A stretch of 58,132 nt of DNA from Paraspadella gotoi (lineage: Eukaryota > Animalia > Chaetognatha), in assembly GCA_051294375.1 (NCBI GenBank), contig JBJCIZ010000669.1, positions 1-58,132 on the forward strand, written 5' to 3'. The position numbers were made by a program, and so were the translations under genes. The notes under the pieces were generated by a model. It did no database searches, was not told the DNA's origin, and saw only the letters and a program-made list of their open reading frames with translations. Position 1 is the stretch's first letter, and each line of letters opens with the position of its first letter. This document shows positions 25,190 to 38,680 of this stretch, in pieces.

Positions 25190-28100
25190 TATTATTTCCT
25201 TTCTTTTTCGTTGTAATTTAATTATTATAGAGAAAACAAAGTTGTTTTGTCTAAATCAACGCATTTTTATTCACAATTGCGCGACATGTTTCGGCTCTTA
25301 GCCTTTAAGCCTTCATCAGCGTTATTGTTTCATTAACAAGTTTTCTCTCTAACATGAGTTTGTAAGGAGAGTGAGATGAGAGAGACGAGAGAGAGCAAAA
25401 TAGCAGAACGAAAAATATAAAGCTTCCAACACAGAGTGAAAAGGACAGTGGTCAGTGGAGGGACAGGTGGAATGCGGTAAGTGGGAGCAGAAGCAAGAGG
25501 AGAAGTGGTTGTGAAATAAAGTCCTTTTATATTTTCTCTCTTTTTCTCTTCTCTCTCTGCTCTCTCTCTCTCTCTCGCCTTCGTAAACTCAATGTTAGAG
25601 AGAAAACTTCGTTAATGAAACAAACGGCTGATGAAGGTACTTAAATGCAAGAGCCGAAACATGTTCCCAATTGTGAATAAAAACTTCGTTGTATTACAAA
25701 CAAAACCTTTGTTTTCTACTAAGATAAGTTAAAATTACAACGAAAAGAAAGGAAAATAATATGAGAGTGCGTGTGCACAACAAAACCACAAAAAGCTGTT
25801 AATTAACAAAATCTCGTCTGAACATTTCGAAGGCTATATAAGCAAAGGTATGGTCATAATCACCTCGTTCATTTCTGCTACTCGCATGTCCGGAAATACG
25901 GACGATATAACCCACCGCGCCCCATCCACGTTTGCCACTCACAATTTCGAACGAAATAAAGATCCGGCACGTTATGCTCGAACAAACAAAAAGACGCCTA
26001 CTCTCAAACTTTGTGAACGTTGCCACGGCAACTTGCACGGCTGGCGCCCGGAACGTCTTCGCCTGACCTCAAGTCCTCATTTCCAATCTTCTCCCATACA
26101 GAAGAAAGCAGAAAGATGTCTTCGACGAATCACGGATGTACGTGCTTCGCAAGTCTTTGCCTAGCAACAAAAAAGAGTCGTCATACAATCACAAAAACTG
26201 TTCACGAGCTCCGTCGACGTCAACGCATTGGAGCACCGCTTCGCCAAAGGCATAGGCCACGTCAACTCAGCCAGTAGCCACGCAGCGTCTTTCACCTCTT
26301 TTCAACATGCACGAAATCCGTAAAGCTCAAGCACCCTGGCTGTCCAATCACTCGTCACATACGCTAACGGATGATGAAGACAAAGTTTTACAGAAAGGTC
26401 TGTCATTTGTTCCAACTCCTTTTAAAATTGCTGTTGTTGACCTCATCGTTGGTGTTGAGACGGGAGCCCGGCTCCTCAATCAACGACCCGAAGCAGCGGC
26501 TACCCTTCGGGCAGGGGCGGCAAATATACTCCATGCAAAAAGAGTTCCGCCACCTTCCAATGTCGGTAAGAGTGAGCGCAAGGCCATTGCCTCACTCAAA
26601 TGCAATCAGGCAATCATGGTTCACCCCGCAGACAAGGGGCGAGCTGCAGTAGTCATGAATGCTCATGACTACAAGGCCAAGGTGCTTAAAATGCTATCGG
26701 ACAAGGAAACGTATAAGCCCTTTGACAAGGATCCTACTCTTGCTTACAGAGGAAAGATCCAGTCGGTGACAAGCAAGATACGTGAATACTGTTCCCCGGC
26801 AGTATTTCACAGAGTCAATCCTGACTCAACGCAGCCGCCTCTTTTCTTTGGTCAGCCAAAGGTTCATAAGCCCGGTTTACCGCTGCGCCCAATCGTATCT
26901 GCCTGCAATTCCATTTTTAATGGAATGACGAAAGAGTTGGGAAGAATTCTCAACTCTCTCGTTGGAAAGCAACACCACCTCAGAAATTCTCTCGATCTGA
27001 CAGAAAAGTNNNNNNNNNNNNNNNNNNNNNNNNNCAAGAGGGCGGCTCATTGAATTTTTGAGTCTACCCAAACTGACCCATTACCGATCAATACATCCCT
27101 TTGATTCGAATGCTCCCTTGTTTGCACAAGCTCGCCACGGTCAGGTCCCTTACCAGAAGGCCTCTTCTGATTCTGCGTCCGACCCCGAGCCTCAGGCCGC
27201 CGAGCTTGAGCATGTCAAAAGAGCCTTGGCGCTCAATGGTTACCCCTCTGTGGCTTATGCAGACGGCAAGGTTCCGGCTCGAACCAGGCTTGAGGGCACA
27301 GCAGGCAGTGGCCACCCAGGGGCTGCCCACAGTAACGCTGACGCAAGTTCAACCTCCGCCCGCCCCCACGAGGAAGAGCAAAGACCTTGCCTGCCGAAGG
27401 ACGACTGCGCCTTACCACCAGCAACAAGTGGGATAAGCAAGAAGCGTCTCAACGAACGTGGGAATCTTCCACCAAAAGACCAAAATTCCCGGAACAGAAC
27501 ACTTCGGGCCGTCTATTGGGCCGGCCTTTGCCAGGAGGATAACCTCAACCCTGCCACCAGCGGCATACATGGTGTGAGACAGGAAAGTCTCTGGCCCAAG
27601 ATGGGTTCAAAACAGCCTCACAAAGCCATATCGGGACCAACGTGGTCATTACTACGGCTATCTGCCATAGCACACGGCAACCTCTGCGCCATCTGTTCAG
27701 AAAAAACTGTCTCGTGCTGATCCCATGACCAAAACTGCCGTTCACTAGACAGGTATTTAAGCAGCGCGAATTTACATCAAAGCCCTGAACCCTCTCTGAA
27801 TCATGATGGAGGATGATTCGCACACCTCCCTCCAAGCCTATGCTATTCATTAACTCAGAATGAGGTGCGAACGCCCCAGCGTGCCACCCCAACCCACACG
27901 GTGATTCCCCTGTCCCCACTCAACGGGTCAGCGCGGAGGCCTCCCAGCGCAGGCAATGGACGCACCGATCACCTCTCCCGCAGGGCCTACAGCAAACTCC
28001 GCGTGTGACTCTTCCCACACTGGGCCGTCGCCAAAACGACGGGCTGCAGGTAGGATCTGTATCTCCTGCACCAAAGCAGGCCAGAACAGGCATCTACCCG

Positions 28101-28892
28101 CCTCGTCATCAGGCGCGAGAGGAGGGCTTTTTTTGGCAAAGCTTACCAGGCCAGAGAACGTATTAGAGTGGCACCTTGCGCATCTTTCCAGCGGCTCGCT
28201 ACCAGATCTGCCGGACAATCTTCGATCCATAACAATATCGCTCTCCAGCCCATGACAAGTCAAAGACCCGATCATTGATCGTCAACGTCCTGCTTTTGCC
28301 AGGCCGGGTGCGTGGGGGCCAGCTCATTTTTTGAGCTCTTTCTTTACTCTCTATATTTTCTCTCCTCTGTAAACTTAGCTATCCCTAACCACACTATTCT
28401 TTCCTTTCCACTATATTTCAATACTTAAATAGTTTAAATTTGTAGTTTAATCTTTAAATTTGTTATTTTAATCCTTTAAATTGTCTATTTTAATCCTTAA
28501 ATTTGTTATTATTTATTTCATTTATTTTTGTTATCATTACAAAAAATGCTTAATTATTTTCTCTCCCTCTGTCTCTCTCAATATCCCATTCATATATTTT
28601 CCAACACTTTCCTCTTCTTCTCTCCCCTTACCTTCACCTGGTCCTCAATTCTGGCCACTGCTCCTTTTTCACTCTGATGTGCGAAGCTTTACTTTTCTCT
28701 CTCTTTCTCTCTCTCTCTCTCTCTTCTCTCTTCTCTAACCTCAATGTTAAAGAGACAAATTCGTTATTTGAGACAAACGCTTGCATGAAGGCTAAAGCAA
28801 AAAGAGCGAAACACGTGTCCAATGTAAATAAAAATCCGTTTGTTATCAACACAAACAAACTTTTGTTTTCTCTAACCATAATAAAATTATAC
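25190..28892 (+). mobile_element. Near full-length Penelope/Poseidon-type retroelement with direct pseudo-LTRs and an upstream inverted pseudo-LTR
   Basis: Inverted pLTR 25190-25520; direct pLTRs 25560-25760 and 28690-28892; RT and GIY-YIG remnants between them; hammerhead motifs at 25283-25322(-), 25628-25665(+) and a degenerate one at ~28780. Confidence 0.88.
26307..27850 (+). pseudogene. PLE reverse transcriptase and GIY-YIG endonuclease ORF (gap and frameshifts)
   Basis: N.SSHTLT..E.KVLQKGLSFVPTP, PADKG, FGQPKVHKPGLPLRPIVS, HKLATVRSLTRR, and a YIKAL.PSLN.DGG-like tail near 27770. Confidence 0.88.
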
Positions 28893-31864
28893 TGACCATT
28901 TCATCTTGTCAATTGACCCAATCTTTGGGTTATAGCAATAGGTTGACACATGATAAGTTAATTTTGCCCCATTGTCAAAAAATTTAACAAGTTAACCGCA
29001 GCAGTGGACAAAAAATATTTCAATATCATAATAATATTTATTGTCCTAAAATAATAATTTTGATATAAGCGTTTTGCACTTTTTTTAAAAGCAAGCCCCC
29101 TTGCTGCGGGCTCCTAAGCAGACGGCACTCAAAACACACGCACAAAAACTATATCTTTTGCTACTCCCATCGTCGTTTTTATGTGTCACTCCTTTGTCAC
29201 CGTCGCTCTCACCGCTCGCAACTGCCTTCCTCCATCGCGTCAAATTATCATCGTTGTTTTTCTGTCGATCTCGTATCCTGACTGAGGTCACCAAGCAAGC
29301 CAAAATTTTTTTTATTAGCGTTTTTTTGTAGCGTAGGGAAGACAACCCTAATCCCTAACCTTAATCCTAACCCCTCAACACGTAATCTCTTATCCCCTAA
29401 TCTAACCTATCATCCCTTTAACGAAATTCCTAAACAATTAATCCATTCGTTCAAAATTATTGTTCGTTTTTGTCGTTCCTTGATCCTGACTCTGAGTTTC
29501 CAGCCAGAGCAGGAGAGAGGCCTGAGGAGAGATTCGCTGCTCCTTCATATGGCAAGGGGGGCATCGAAGAGCATTTTGCCGCGTTTTTTCTGGATATAGC
29601 TATTTTTTTTAATTGTAATTGCATCTACATGGTGCTTGGGGACGAGGACATGTTGTTTTTGATAATTTATTTTTCTATATTATGTTTCCTCTCACTCATT
29701 TGTGTATCATTTCTGACATAACATTTTTTAAATTTTAAAGTTGTCCAAAAAGCAAAGGCCTTTAAATCGCACATGCAGCTATATTATGAAGAGACAGTAA
29801 TTATTATTATGTTGTTAGTGACAGAACTGTTTTCAATATAAGCAGTCCCTGAGCTTTGGATCAGGCTGCTAACACCGTTTTAGAGGCTGGGTTAAGCGCC
29901 CCCGTCCCTCTTAACTGCTAGGCAAACCACCGGGCTAGAACCCGGACCTTTTGGTGAACAGTTGGAGTTTTTAGTCCACCATTATAAATATCATTTCTTC
30001 ATTATGAGGCATATGGAACAGCGGGTTGCGCCTGTGATGTCCATTAGGATGGGGCATCTCACTGTTGGCTTTGGGGGTCTGACCCTCATTGCATGCCTCC
30101 AGTCACTGGGCTCGCGGTTACCTTAGGACGGTCACGCTTTGCCAACGTAGAGGGAAGTTGTGGGCGCATTACGCCGTTTGTCATACTCATAGTGTACCCC
30201 GAGGATAGCGTTGTTTGTTCATAGCTATTTACCGCAGAGGCATAGGTGTACCCAAAGTTGGCAGACAAGGCATTTGTCGCTTAGCGTACCCTAAGAGCGG
30301 TTGCCGTGTTCGCATAATAGGGGCTCACAAATTTTGGCAAACAGCGGCGCTTTGGCCTTATGCTTATTGGATGCCCATGGGATGGGGATCTGTCTGTTTG
30401 ACCTTGGGGGCTTCCGACCCTCAGGGGACACCTCCAGCTTAGAGCTTTTTTAATTTTGATTTGCAGATTTTGAATTTCCTCGTCAAAAAATAAGTGGTGT
30501 TAAAAATTAAAAAAACTATATTGAATATATAAAAGTTAATTTTTCAGCTTAAAATATAGGAAGAAATTTTTCATTTTTTAAATACTTTTTCATGACAAAT
30601 CCAAATCTCCCCAAAAAACTTTAAAAAACTTGTTTTTGAAAAAATTTTAACATTTATTGAATTCAGTACCTAGTATTAATATGGCACTACTGCATAATTT
30701 TTGTAAACAATTATTTATTAAATTTTTTTATTACATAAATGTTCATTAGTATAATGTTGTTCATTCCTCACTTTTAGAATATTAATTAAAATTAAATTTA
30801 AAAATTTTACTACGCTTTAACCTCCAGTCACTGGCGCGGTTACCCTAGGATGGTCCGCTTTGCCAACGCAGAAGGAAGTCGTTAGGACTGTGGAAAAAAC
30901 ACAACACCTGCGATGGTGTGTTCCCGCTCTGAGCAAATGGGATTGGCTGACCGATGATGGACATGAGGCGGTATGAATATATCGCCACAGGCACCACATT
31001 TGTCTTTTCAAGGCGCTTCTTTATCTGATGCAGCAAACTTTATGGTCACCTTTATAGCGTTACTGGAGATTCAAAATCAAGTCAAATCTATTTATGATTG
31101 ATTTGGCTTACTGTGAACTTATTTTGTAATTTAAGTTAATAATATTTGGGTCAATGATAGAATAAACACTAAGCTTTCATTTGAGCTCTTTTACAATAAT
31201 TTTTATAAAATATTTAAAAATCTCTTGCCATTTAAATAAAATTGTAAGTTTTGCTTCCAGACACTCTCGTTCCTATAAAATCAGGACTGAAACGAACTCA
31301 TACCCGAGGACAAAAAAACAAAAGCTAACCAGTTCCATTCAAGTAAGTGGCGTAACTCAAAGGAAGCAAATTTAGTTTGGGGTTTTTAAAAAATGTTTAG
31401 GAAAATATGATGTAAAAGCCCCACCAGGTCGAGAGAATATTATTGATTTTCAAACAATCTCTGTTCTAATATTATCCTTAATCCATTTTTAATCCGTCTC
31501 TAAATCAACTTTACTCCTGAAGAGACAGTAATAATTGTTGTGTTAGTGACAGAACCGTTCAATATAAGCAGTCCCTGAGCTTTGGATCAGGCTGTAACAC
31601 TGTGTTACAGGCGGGTTAAGCGCTCCGTCCCTCTTAACTGCTAAGCGACCACCGGGCTAAAACCCTGGACCTTTGGGTTGGGAGGCGTATGACTTGCCTC
31701 CGGCACCAATGGCCGCTGATAAATGGTTGATAGACTTTAGTCCACCATACTCCTTCAGTATTCTATTTTAAAACCTATAACCCAATCCATAACCTAATCC
31801 TTAACCCTAAACCCCTCTAGTCTCTAGCCCTAATGCAAAACTTTAATTATTGAACTCATCCTTA

Positions 31865-32821
31865 CCATCTTGGAAAATGAATAAGTCGCCAAATTTTAAA
31901 GTTAGTTAATTGTATATTAAAATTTAAATATAACAGAAAAAATGGGTATCAATATGTAGTGTGAACTCCCTTGCTCTTCACAACTTCATTTATTCTGTTC
32001 GACATTGATTCATAGAGCGACTGCAGATATTCCAAGGAGAGGTTATCCCAAACTTTTTTGATAAGTCGTTTCATGGCTTGCAGAGATGTTGGACGTTCGT
32101 TTCTCAGTCGATTTTTCATCTCTGACCACACCACACATTTTTGATCGGATTGAGATCCGGAGAATTCCCAGGCCAGTCAGGTAGAAGTTTAACCCCATTT
32201 TGGCGATGCCACTCATTTGTCTCCTTGGCTTGATGCGGAGGGGCGTTGTCTTCCATAAAAACTCCACCTTGGACGAATTCCTTTATCTTCGCTTCCTCCA
32301 GAATTTCTCTGTATTTGGCGCCATCAACGCATCCCGAAATGAAGATTAACTTGGACTTGGTACGGGAAGAGATTGCACCAAACACCATGTCCTTCGGTTG
32401 CTGCTTAACCGTCTGCAATATGCAATGCTTCGTCGACGCCGCTGCACACTTCGAAGATTCACTCTTAGCTGCTTAGATATGGAAGTATTCTTGATACCCG
32501 CTTTGTGCAATTCAATTATAGATGCACATTGATCACTTGTAAAATGCTAATGTTGAGGCATAATAAAAAAATAGTGTAAAATAAAAAAAAATGAAGGAAA
32601 AAAATTATTAAAATCTGAAATACGCTAATGAAAGCAAATTTTTTTAATCTCCTTCTTTTCTTTCCTCTGCCCTGATGGCAATTTTAATCATAATCTAACA
32701 TAAACCGGCTCCATTTGATCAAAAATCGCCAAGCTTTCTGGAAATATAATTTTTTTCTTTCGATTATGTTAGGAAGGTGTTTAAAAATGATCGAGAAGTT
32801 TGGCGACATTTTCCAAGATGG
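31865..32821 (-). mobile_element. Internally deleted Tc1-like transposon (mirror copy)
   Basis: Same TIRs and TA flanks; MVFGAIS, FMEDNAPPH and WPGNSPDLNPIKNVW, i.e. the catalytic Glu position reads Lys. Confidence 0.85.
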
Positions 32822-33497
32822 TAACTCTAATCTTTAACCTATTTTTTTGAGCTTTGGTGGCATAAACAGCGGTCATTAGAGCCTGGTAGCCTGGTAGCCA
32901 CTTGCAGTTAAAAGGGACGGGTGTGGCAGAAGCAAAAACTGCCACACGGCCTCCCGTAGGGAGAAGTCTGTTGCGTCTCTTCAGTAAATCTGTTGTTGTT
33001 GGTGAAAAGTTTGGTCACCAAGTTGAGGCATGTTGCCTGATGTGTTGTTGGCGGAATGTGCATCGCCAGCTTGAGGTGAGCATGTCGCTGTAAAGTGTTG
33101 TGTGTCGTTCTAGTTTGTGCTGTTGGAAGTCGGAGTCTCACAAATAAAGAGACAGTGATTTATTGTTATGTGTTAGTGACGAGAACCATTCAATATAAGC
33201 AGTCCCTGAGCTTCGGATCAGGCTGTAAACACATGTTACAAGCGGGTTAAGCGCCCCGTTCCCTCTTAACTGTAGGCGACCAACCGAGCTAACACCCGCG
33301 ACCTTTGGGTTGGGAGGCGAATCACTTGCCTCCGGCGCCAATGGCCGCTGATGAACGGTTGTGGATGTTTAGTTCACCATAAAAGTATAGTAAAGATTTT
33401 TTTTGGTGTCACTCGTGAACAGACACGGGTATTTAATAGTTATTATTTTATTAGGAAATGTTTATTGATGCCAATACAACGATTTTTAATTATCAAT

Positions 33498-33542
33498 AGT
33501 ACTATGTTTCGACTTCTGCTTGGTTCGAGTCTTCATCAGCTT
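33498..33542 (-). ncRNA. Hammerhead ribozyme motif (degenerate)
   Basis: Minus strand reads CTGATGA-agactc...gaagtc-GAAA-catagta. Confidence 0.55.
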
Positions 33543-35033
33543 TGAAAAACAGATTAACAAAAATGCTCTACACATTAAGTTAGAGAGAGAGGAGAGGAGA
33601 GAAAAGAGAGGAGAGTGAGAAGATTGAGGGAGAGTTTCCAACAAGGGCTGATAAAGGAGCAGTGGGCAGATGAGAGGACAGGTGAAGGTAAGAAACAGTA
33701 AGAAGAAATAATTTTTGAAATGGTGCATAAGAGGACAAATAAAAAGAGAGAGTAGAGCAATAATTTACATTTTGACAATGGCTCAGACAACCAAGATTAA
33801 ATTTATAACAACTTAGAAAATTAAGGCTGAGAATTTTGAAATTTACAAAAGTTAAATAAGTAATAATGAAAAAATTGAAATGGAGGAAATTTAGGTGGTG
33901 AGGGCAATAGATAAGGTTAATAGCTTTAAGGTTAATTATATAAGAGAAGAAAGAGCGTCAAAATGAGGTGCCCGCGCCCCCCGGGGCGGAACAAAGGTGT
34001 GGACCGTGCGATACGATAATGATGCGGGTTCCATTGGCTTGTCATAAAACTGAGATGATATTCTGGTAGAGTGATGGGCAATGTATCATGGGTCAGGGTT
34101 TAAAGACACGGCTGGAAAGACTACCGATGGCGGCACCCGTACATTCATCTTGTCGTTGCTGCACGATAATAGCTGCAAAGGAGGGCCGCTCCTCGCGTTG
34201 CATACCGACGAGGAGAGTGGCGTTGGCACTGTTCTTGCCATTGTATTCTGGTGAGGAGATACAGACCTCCTCATCCCTTCCTCCTGTAGCGCGTCGTTTT
34301 GGTGGCGCCTGGCGTTTCAGAGAGGTCACGCATAAGTTGTACCAGGTTCGGGAGGAGGTATCGGACATACCATTTGCCTGCTCGCGAGGCGCTCCGCCTG
34401 ACCGTTGAGTTGGGGACAGGGGAATCACCGTGCGGTTGGGGTGGGCATTGGGTGTTCCACCACCAGTTTGATTAGCGAATCATAGCTTGGAAGGAGATCG
34501 AATCGTCCTCCATCACGGATCAAAGAGGGTTCGAGGGCTTTGATGTAAACAGCCTCTCTAATACCTCTTGAGAACCAATTTTGGTCATGGGACTGCACGA
34601 GGCAGTCGGACTCTCTAAACAGATGGCCAGAAGATGCCAAATGCTCGGCAATAGTTATATTAAGAATTGTTTATTTATGTTACAATACAACAATTTTTAT
34701 TATTAGTAGTACATGTTTCGACTCAGTTGGTTCGAGTCTTCATCATCAACAGAGTCGAAACATGTACTACTAATAATAAAAATCGTTGTATTGGCACATA
34801 AATAAACAATTCTTAATATTCACTTAGCAACGAAAAGAGAGAAAATAATACAATATTAAATTATAATAACTTTTTTTTTAAAATAATTTACGTAAATCTG
34901 TATTTAAGATGAACTGGGTCGGTTTTGGAATATGAAGGCATCTTGTCAATCTCTGAATCATGTCTCAACTATCTCTCATCTGCCTGATCTCTCATCTCTC
35001 TAAATTTTCTCTCACCGCCCCCATTAACAATAC

Positions 35034-35229
35034 CTTATGACAATCCTTTCGTCCAATTTCTGAATTCGTCCTCCACTTTGACTCCTGGATTCGCTTCCAA
35101 GTATCGCACAAGATTTCCTGCGTTGAAGATAACGTCGTCATCGATGCGGACGGAACAAATTTTCGGCCTGCGCAGAACCGCGTGGCCCAGTGCAGGGACA
35201 TCATAGACTTGTGAACGAGGTTGTTGTAG
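35034..35229 (-). CDS. GT31 glycosyltransferase, second visible exon
   Basis: ttacag|YNNLVHKSMMSLHWATRFC...VRIDDDVIFNAGNLVRYL...IVI|gt; contains the DxD motif; has small indels. Confidence 0.8.
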
Positions 35230-35659
35230 CTGTAAGGGCATTGGGAAAGTACATTGTACCAAGTAACATAAACAGATATGTATGTATAATATATATATGT
35301 ATGTATGTATATAAAATGTAAATATGCTCTGGTGGGTGATTGATTTCTTAATTTAGAGCCAAAATGAAACCTCACAAACTGTTACATACAACAAGAAGTG
35401 ACAGTTCAGCGTCTATTGATTAATTTTGAAAACCGGTTATTGTTAATTTATTTAAATATAAAGTAAATACAAATTTTGACTGGCAAGAAAAAGAAATAGA
35501 GAGAAATTACTTATTATAAAAAGAAAGACGGGAAGAGATATGCAGAAAGAGACACAGAGCTGTTTAAATTACTAATGAAAAAAAAATGTTCAGTAAAATT
35601 GAGAACAATGAAATTAACATCAACCGTATTATTAACAGCATGCAATAAAGGCCCCTCAC

Positions 35660-36048
35660 TAGTCGTCATAATCTTCTTGCAAAACATCTCCAAACTTGGC
35701 CGCCTCATCACGTAGCGCTTGATCCTCTTGCGCCGTCGGTGCTCGTCCAAAAAGAAACGCGTAGCGTACGCGTCGCGCTGCGTCATCAAGTCTCGTTGTT
35801 GGTGACGCCCAAGTAGCACGGATAGCGTCACGCGCTGCGCGGTTGGAAGCGCGAGAAAAGACATGAACTATCAGATAAACGTCATCGTCGTAATTCTCTT
35901 TGTGGGCGCAAATGTTAGGATTGTCGATGAGGGTGTTGTAATTGTGCGGATTGCAATTCTTGCAGCGACGATAATAGGCGGGGGGAATGTTGAACTTGTC
36001 TTGGCTCAGGGTGTTGAGGGTTTTAGGATGAGGGGGGCTAGGGGTACT
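35660..36048 (-). CDS. GT31 glycosyltransferase, first visible exon (5' boundary uncertain)
   Basis: LIDNPNIC...LIVHVFSRASNRAARDAIRATWA...AFLFG...EAAKFGDVLQEDYDD|gtgagg, typical GT31 motifs. No signal-anchor exon was identified. Confidence 0.85.
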
Positions 36049-38459
36049 GGGGGTTGACAAAAAATAAGAATCAGTACAGTAATATACCCCGTGTCCGTTG
36101 GCGAGTGACACCAAAAAAATCTTTACCATACTTTAAATATTTAATAAATATAATTTATAAGTATATCATTTGTGGAGAACTACTGAACTTTTTATATGTA
36201 TAAGTGTCATTTCGTGTTTAATTCATTTACTATTCTACATTTAATTTTTTATCTAACATAGTAAAATTGGCGAAAAAAGACTATTTTAGGCGTGTTCTTG
36301 ATTGAATTTAAAAAACATTTTACATCATAAGAAATCCCTATTAATCCCGATTAATGGTCTAATCAATGGCTGATTTGAAATATCGTAATGTTGAGTAATT
36401 TCTGAGTTATGATTATTTATTTATTTTTTAATTGTAAATCTTCAGTTTTTATCGAGCCTACCGGCGAAGCCGGTTCAGTCTCGATATTGATTCAGGTCAG
36501 CTTCTTTGTGTCNNNNNNNNNNCATCTGTGATGATACAATGAAAAAAAATCAAATTTTAAGCAACTACAAGGCGTTGTGGATGTTTCCAAAACATTTAGA
36601 CGTTTTTATTGCATACAATAAAGCCATACTTAATATTTTTCAGTGGTCGTTTCTGGACATGACAGATATGACCGTGTTATGTCTTATGTTCAATTCACCG
36701 GATTTTAAGCTTTTCATTCCTATACAAATTAAACCTGTGAAAGTGAATAGACAGTAATAATAGTTGGCGGATTTTAGTCCATCATACATCCCCCCTCCCC
36801 CAGGGAGAAGTCTGTTGCATTTCTTCAGTGAAATGTTGGTGGAAAGTTCGTCACCAAGTTGAGGCATGTCACCTGATTTGTTGTTGGCGGAAAGTGCGCC
36901 ACCAGGTTGAGGCACGTCACCTGAAAGTGTTGTGGTTGCTGTTATGTTCAGAAGTCGAGCTCACCAATGAAGAGACAGTAATAATTGTTGTAAGTTAGTG
37001 ACAGAACCGTTCAATATAAGCAGTCACTGAGCTTCGGATCAGGCTGTAACACCATGTTACAGGCGGGTTAAGCGCCCTGTCCCTCTTAACTGACCTTTGG
37101 GTTGGGAGACGAATGACCCCGGACCTTGCCGGTGATAAACGGTTGGTGGGTTTTAGTCCACCATACCTATTTAATTTTTTTCAGGTAATTAAAAAAAAAT
37201 TTAGGAAGATTATAATGAATATGCTTAAATTGTCAAATACTTTATGTATTTCTTGCCTTTTTAACACTTTTATTATGCATTCAGAAATCTAACATGATTA
37301 ATTTAATTATCTGACAATATCATTAAGAGGAAAGGTCATTCAGCATAACAATACGTAATCATTGATGTGTTAGAGCTAATATATCGAGAAATACATTATA
37401 GTCATCAGTAATCACAAAAAAATAAGTTCTTATTTATATGTAAACATTCCGTTTTCAATAATTTTTTTTAAACGGGTAAATAACAAAATTGTTAAGTTAA
37501 ATGGGTAAGCACATTTTCTAAAGATTTGTTTTTCAATCTGGTTGTTAAAAAATTCTTGGTAAGAAGTTAAAACACGGTATGGGATAATTTAGAAGGAGAG
37601 AATTAAGCAATTAATCTCGTTACTCTGTTGGTTTTCCAGTCATGAACAAAATCTTCAGTTAAATAGATGGTAAAGAAATTCGAGCTACAATGAATCTACA
37701 CTGAATTTGAAGAGTTGCAGCCTAAACGACTGCAATAATATTGAATTAAAAATTTGATTAGCAATCTTAAAAACATTTGTAAAAATGTAATAGAGAGACA
37801 TTTTGATAAACGCGTTCCAGTTAGAAAGAATTCAGGGTTAAAGTTTAAAAACGTTTCATTTTCAAGGATACAAGTTGAAATTTAAAAATGTCTCTCTATT
37901 ACATTTTTCTAATTCAGTAATAAAAAATTCATAAAAAATATCAGGTGGATTGGCCTTTTCGTTTGACCTGCAACTCTTCAGATAGGTTTCTTTTATTTTA
38001 TATTATAATTAAAACCGATATAAAATGGGGTAGAATGCATCAAATGTTTAAAGTGAATACATTTTCGGAATCGCCAGGAGCTCAGCTTTCTGAATTTGTA
38101 CTCCATTTTAGCCTATTTTAAAGTTGAATTGAATGACCCTTTTTCTTAATACATTTTTTGATAAAAGTAAGTTTTAACAAAAATTAAACCTAGTAATAGT
38201 TTATTATTGATTCAGTTTTGAATACCAGATTGGAAAATAATAATAAAAAAAGTAGATTTAATAATTTATTCATTGTGAAATAGCACTGTACTTCAAAGAC
38301 TTCTGGCTTCCTCTGTTTTTTACTTTACTTTGTTTTTTATTATTTTCCAATCTGGTACGCAAGACCGAATCAATAATAAACTATTACTAGACACAAATCC
38401 TACCAGTATCATGACTCTGAAACTCTAGTATCTATCCAAAAATTAAACCATAACAGTAT

Positions 38460-38680
38460 TTGGGATTCCTCCCACGCGGGATTTCTCCCACACAGGATTC
38501 CTCCCATGTGGGATACCTCCCACACGGGATTTCTCCCACACGGAATTCCTCCCATGCGGGATTCCTCCCACACGGAATTCCTCCCATGCGGGATTCCTCT
38601 GACACGGGATTCCTCTCACATGGGATTCCTCCCACACGGGCTTCCTCCCACTCGCGATTGCTCCCACACGGGATTCCTTC
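38460..38680. repeat. 16-bp minisatellite (gggattcctcccacac)
   Basis: About 13 tandem units; same family as 50210-50725 and 51253-51775. Confidence 0.9.

Larger units (their letters stand above)
30705..35680 (-). repeat. Right arm of the large inverted duplication
   Basis: Reverse complement of 15436-20315. Confidence 0.9.

Noticed and set aside
13820-35229. GT31 as a true pseudogene because of frameshifts
   Set aside because: The indels differ between the two mirror copies and match the error pattern of this region; it cannot be called without polishing.
36049-36129. ATG 36129 as the GT31 start codon
   Set aside because: It lies within a dispersed repeat and does not encode a convincing signal anchor.
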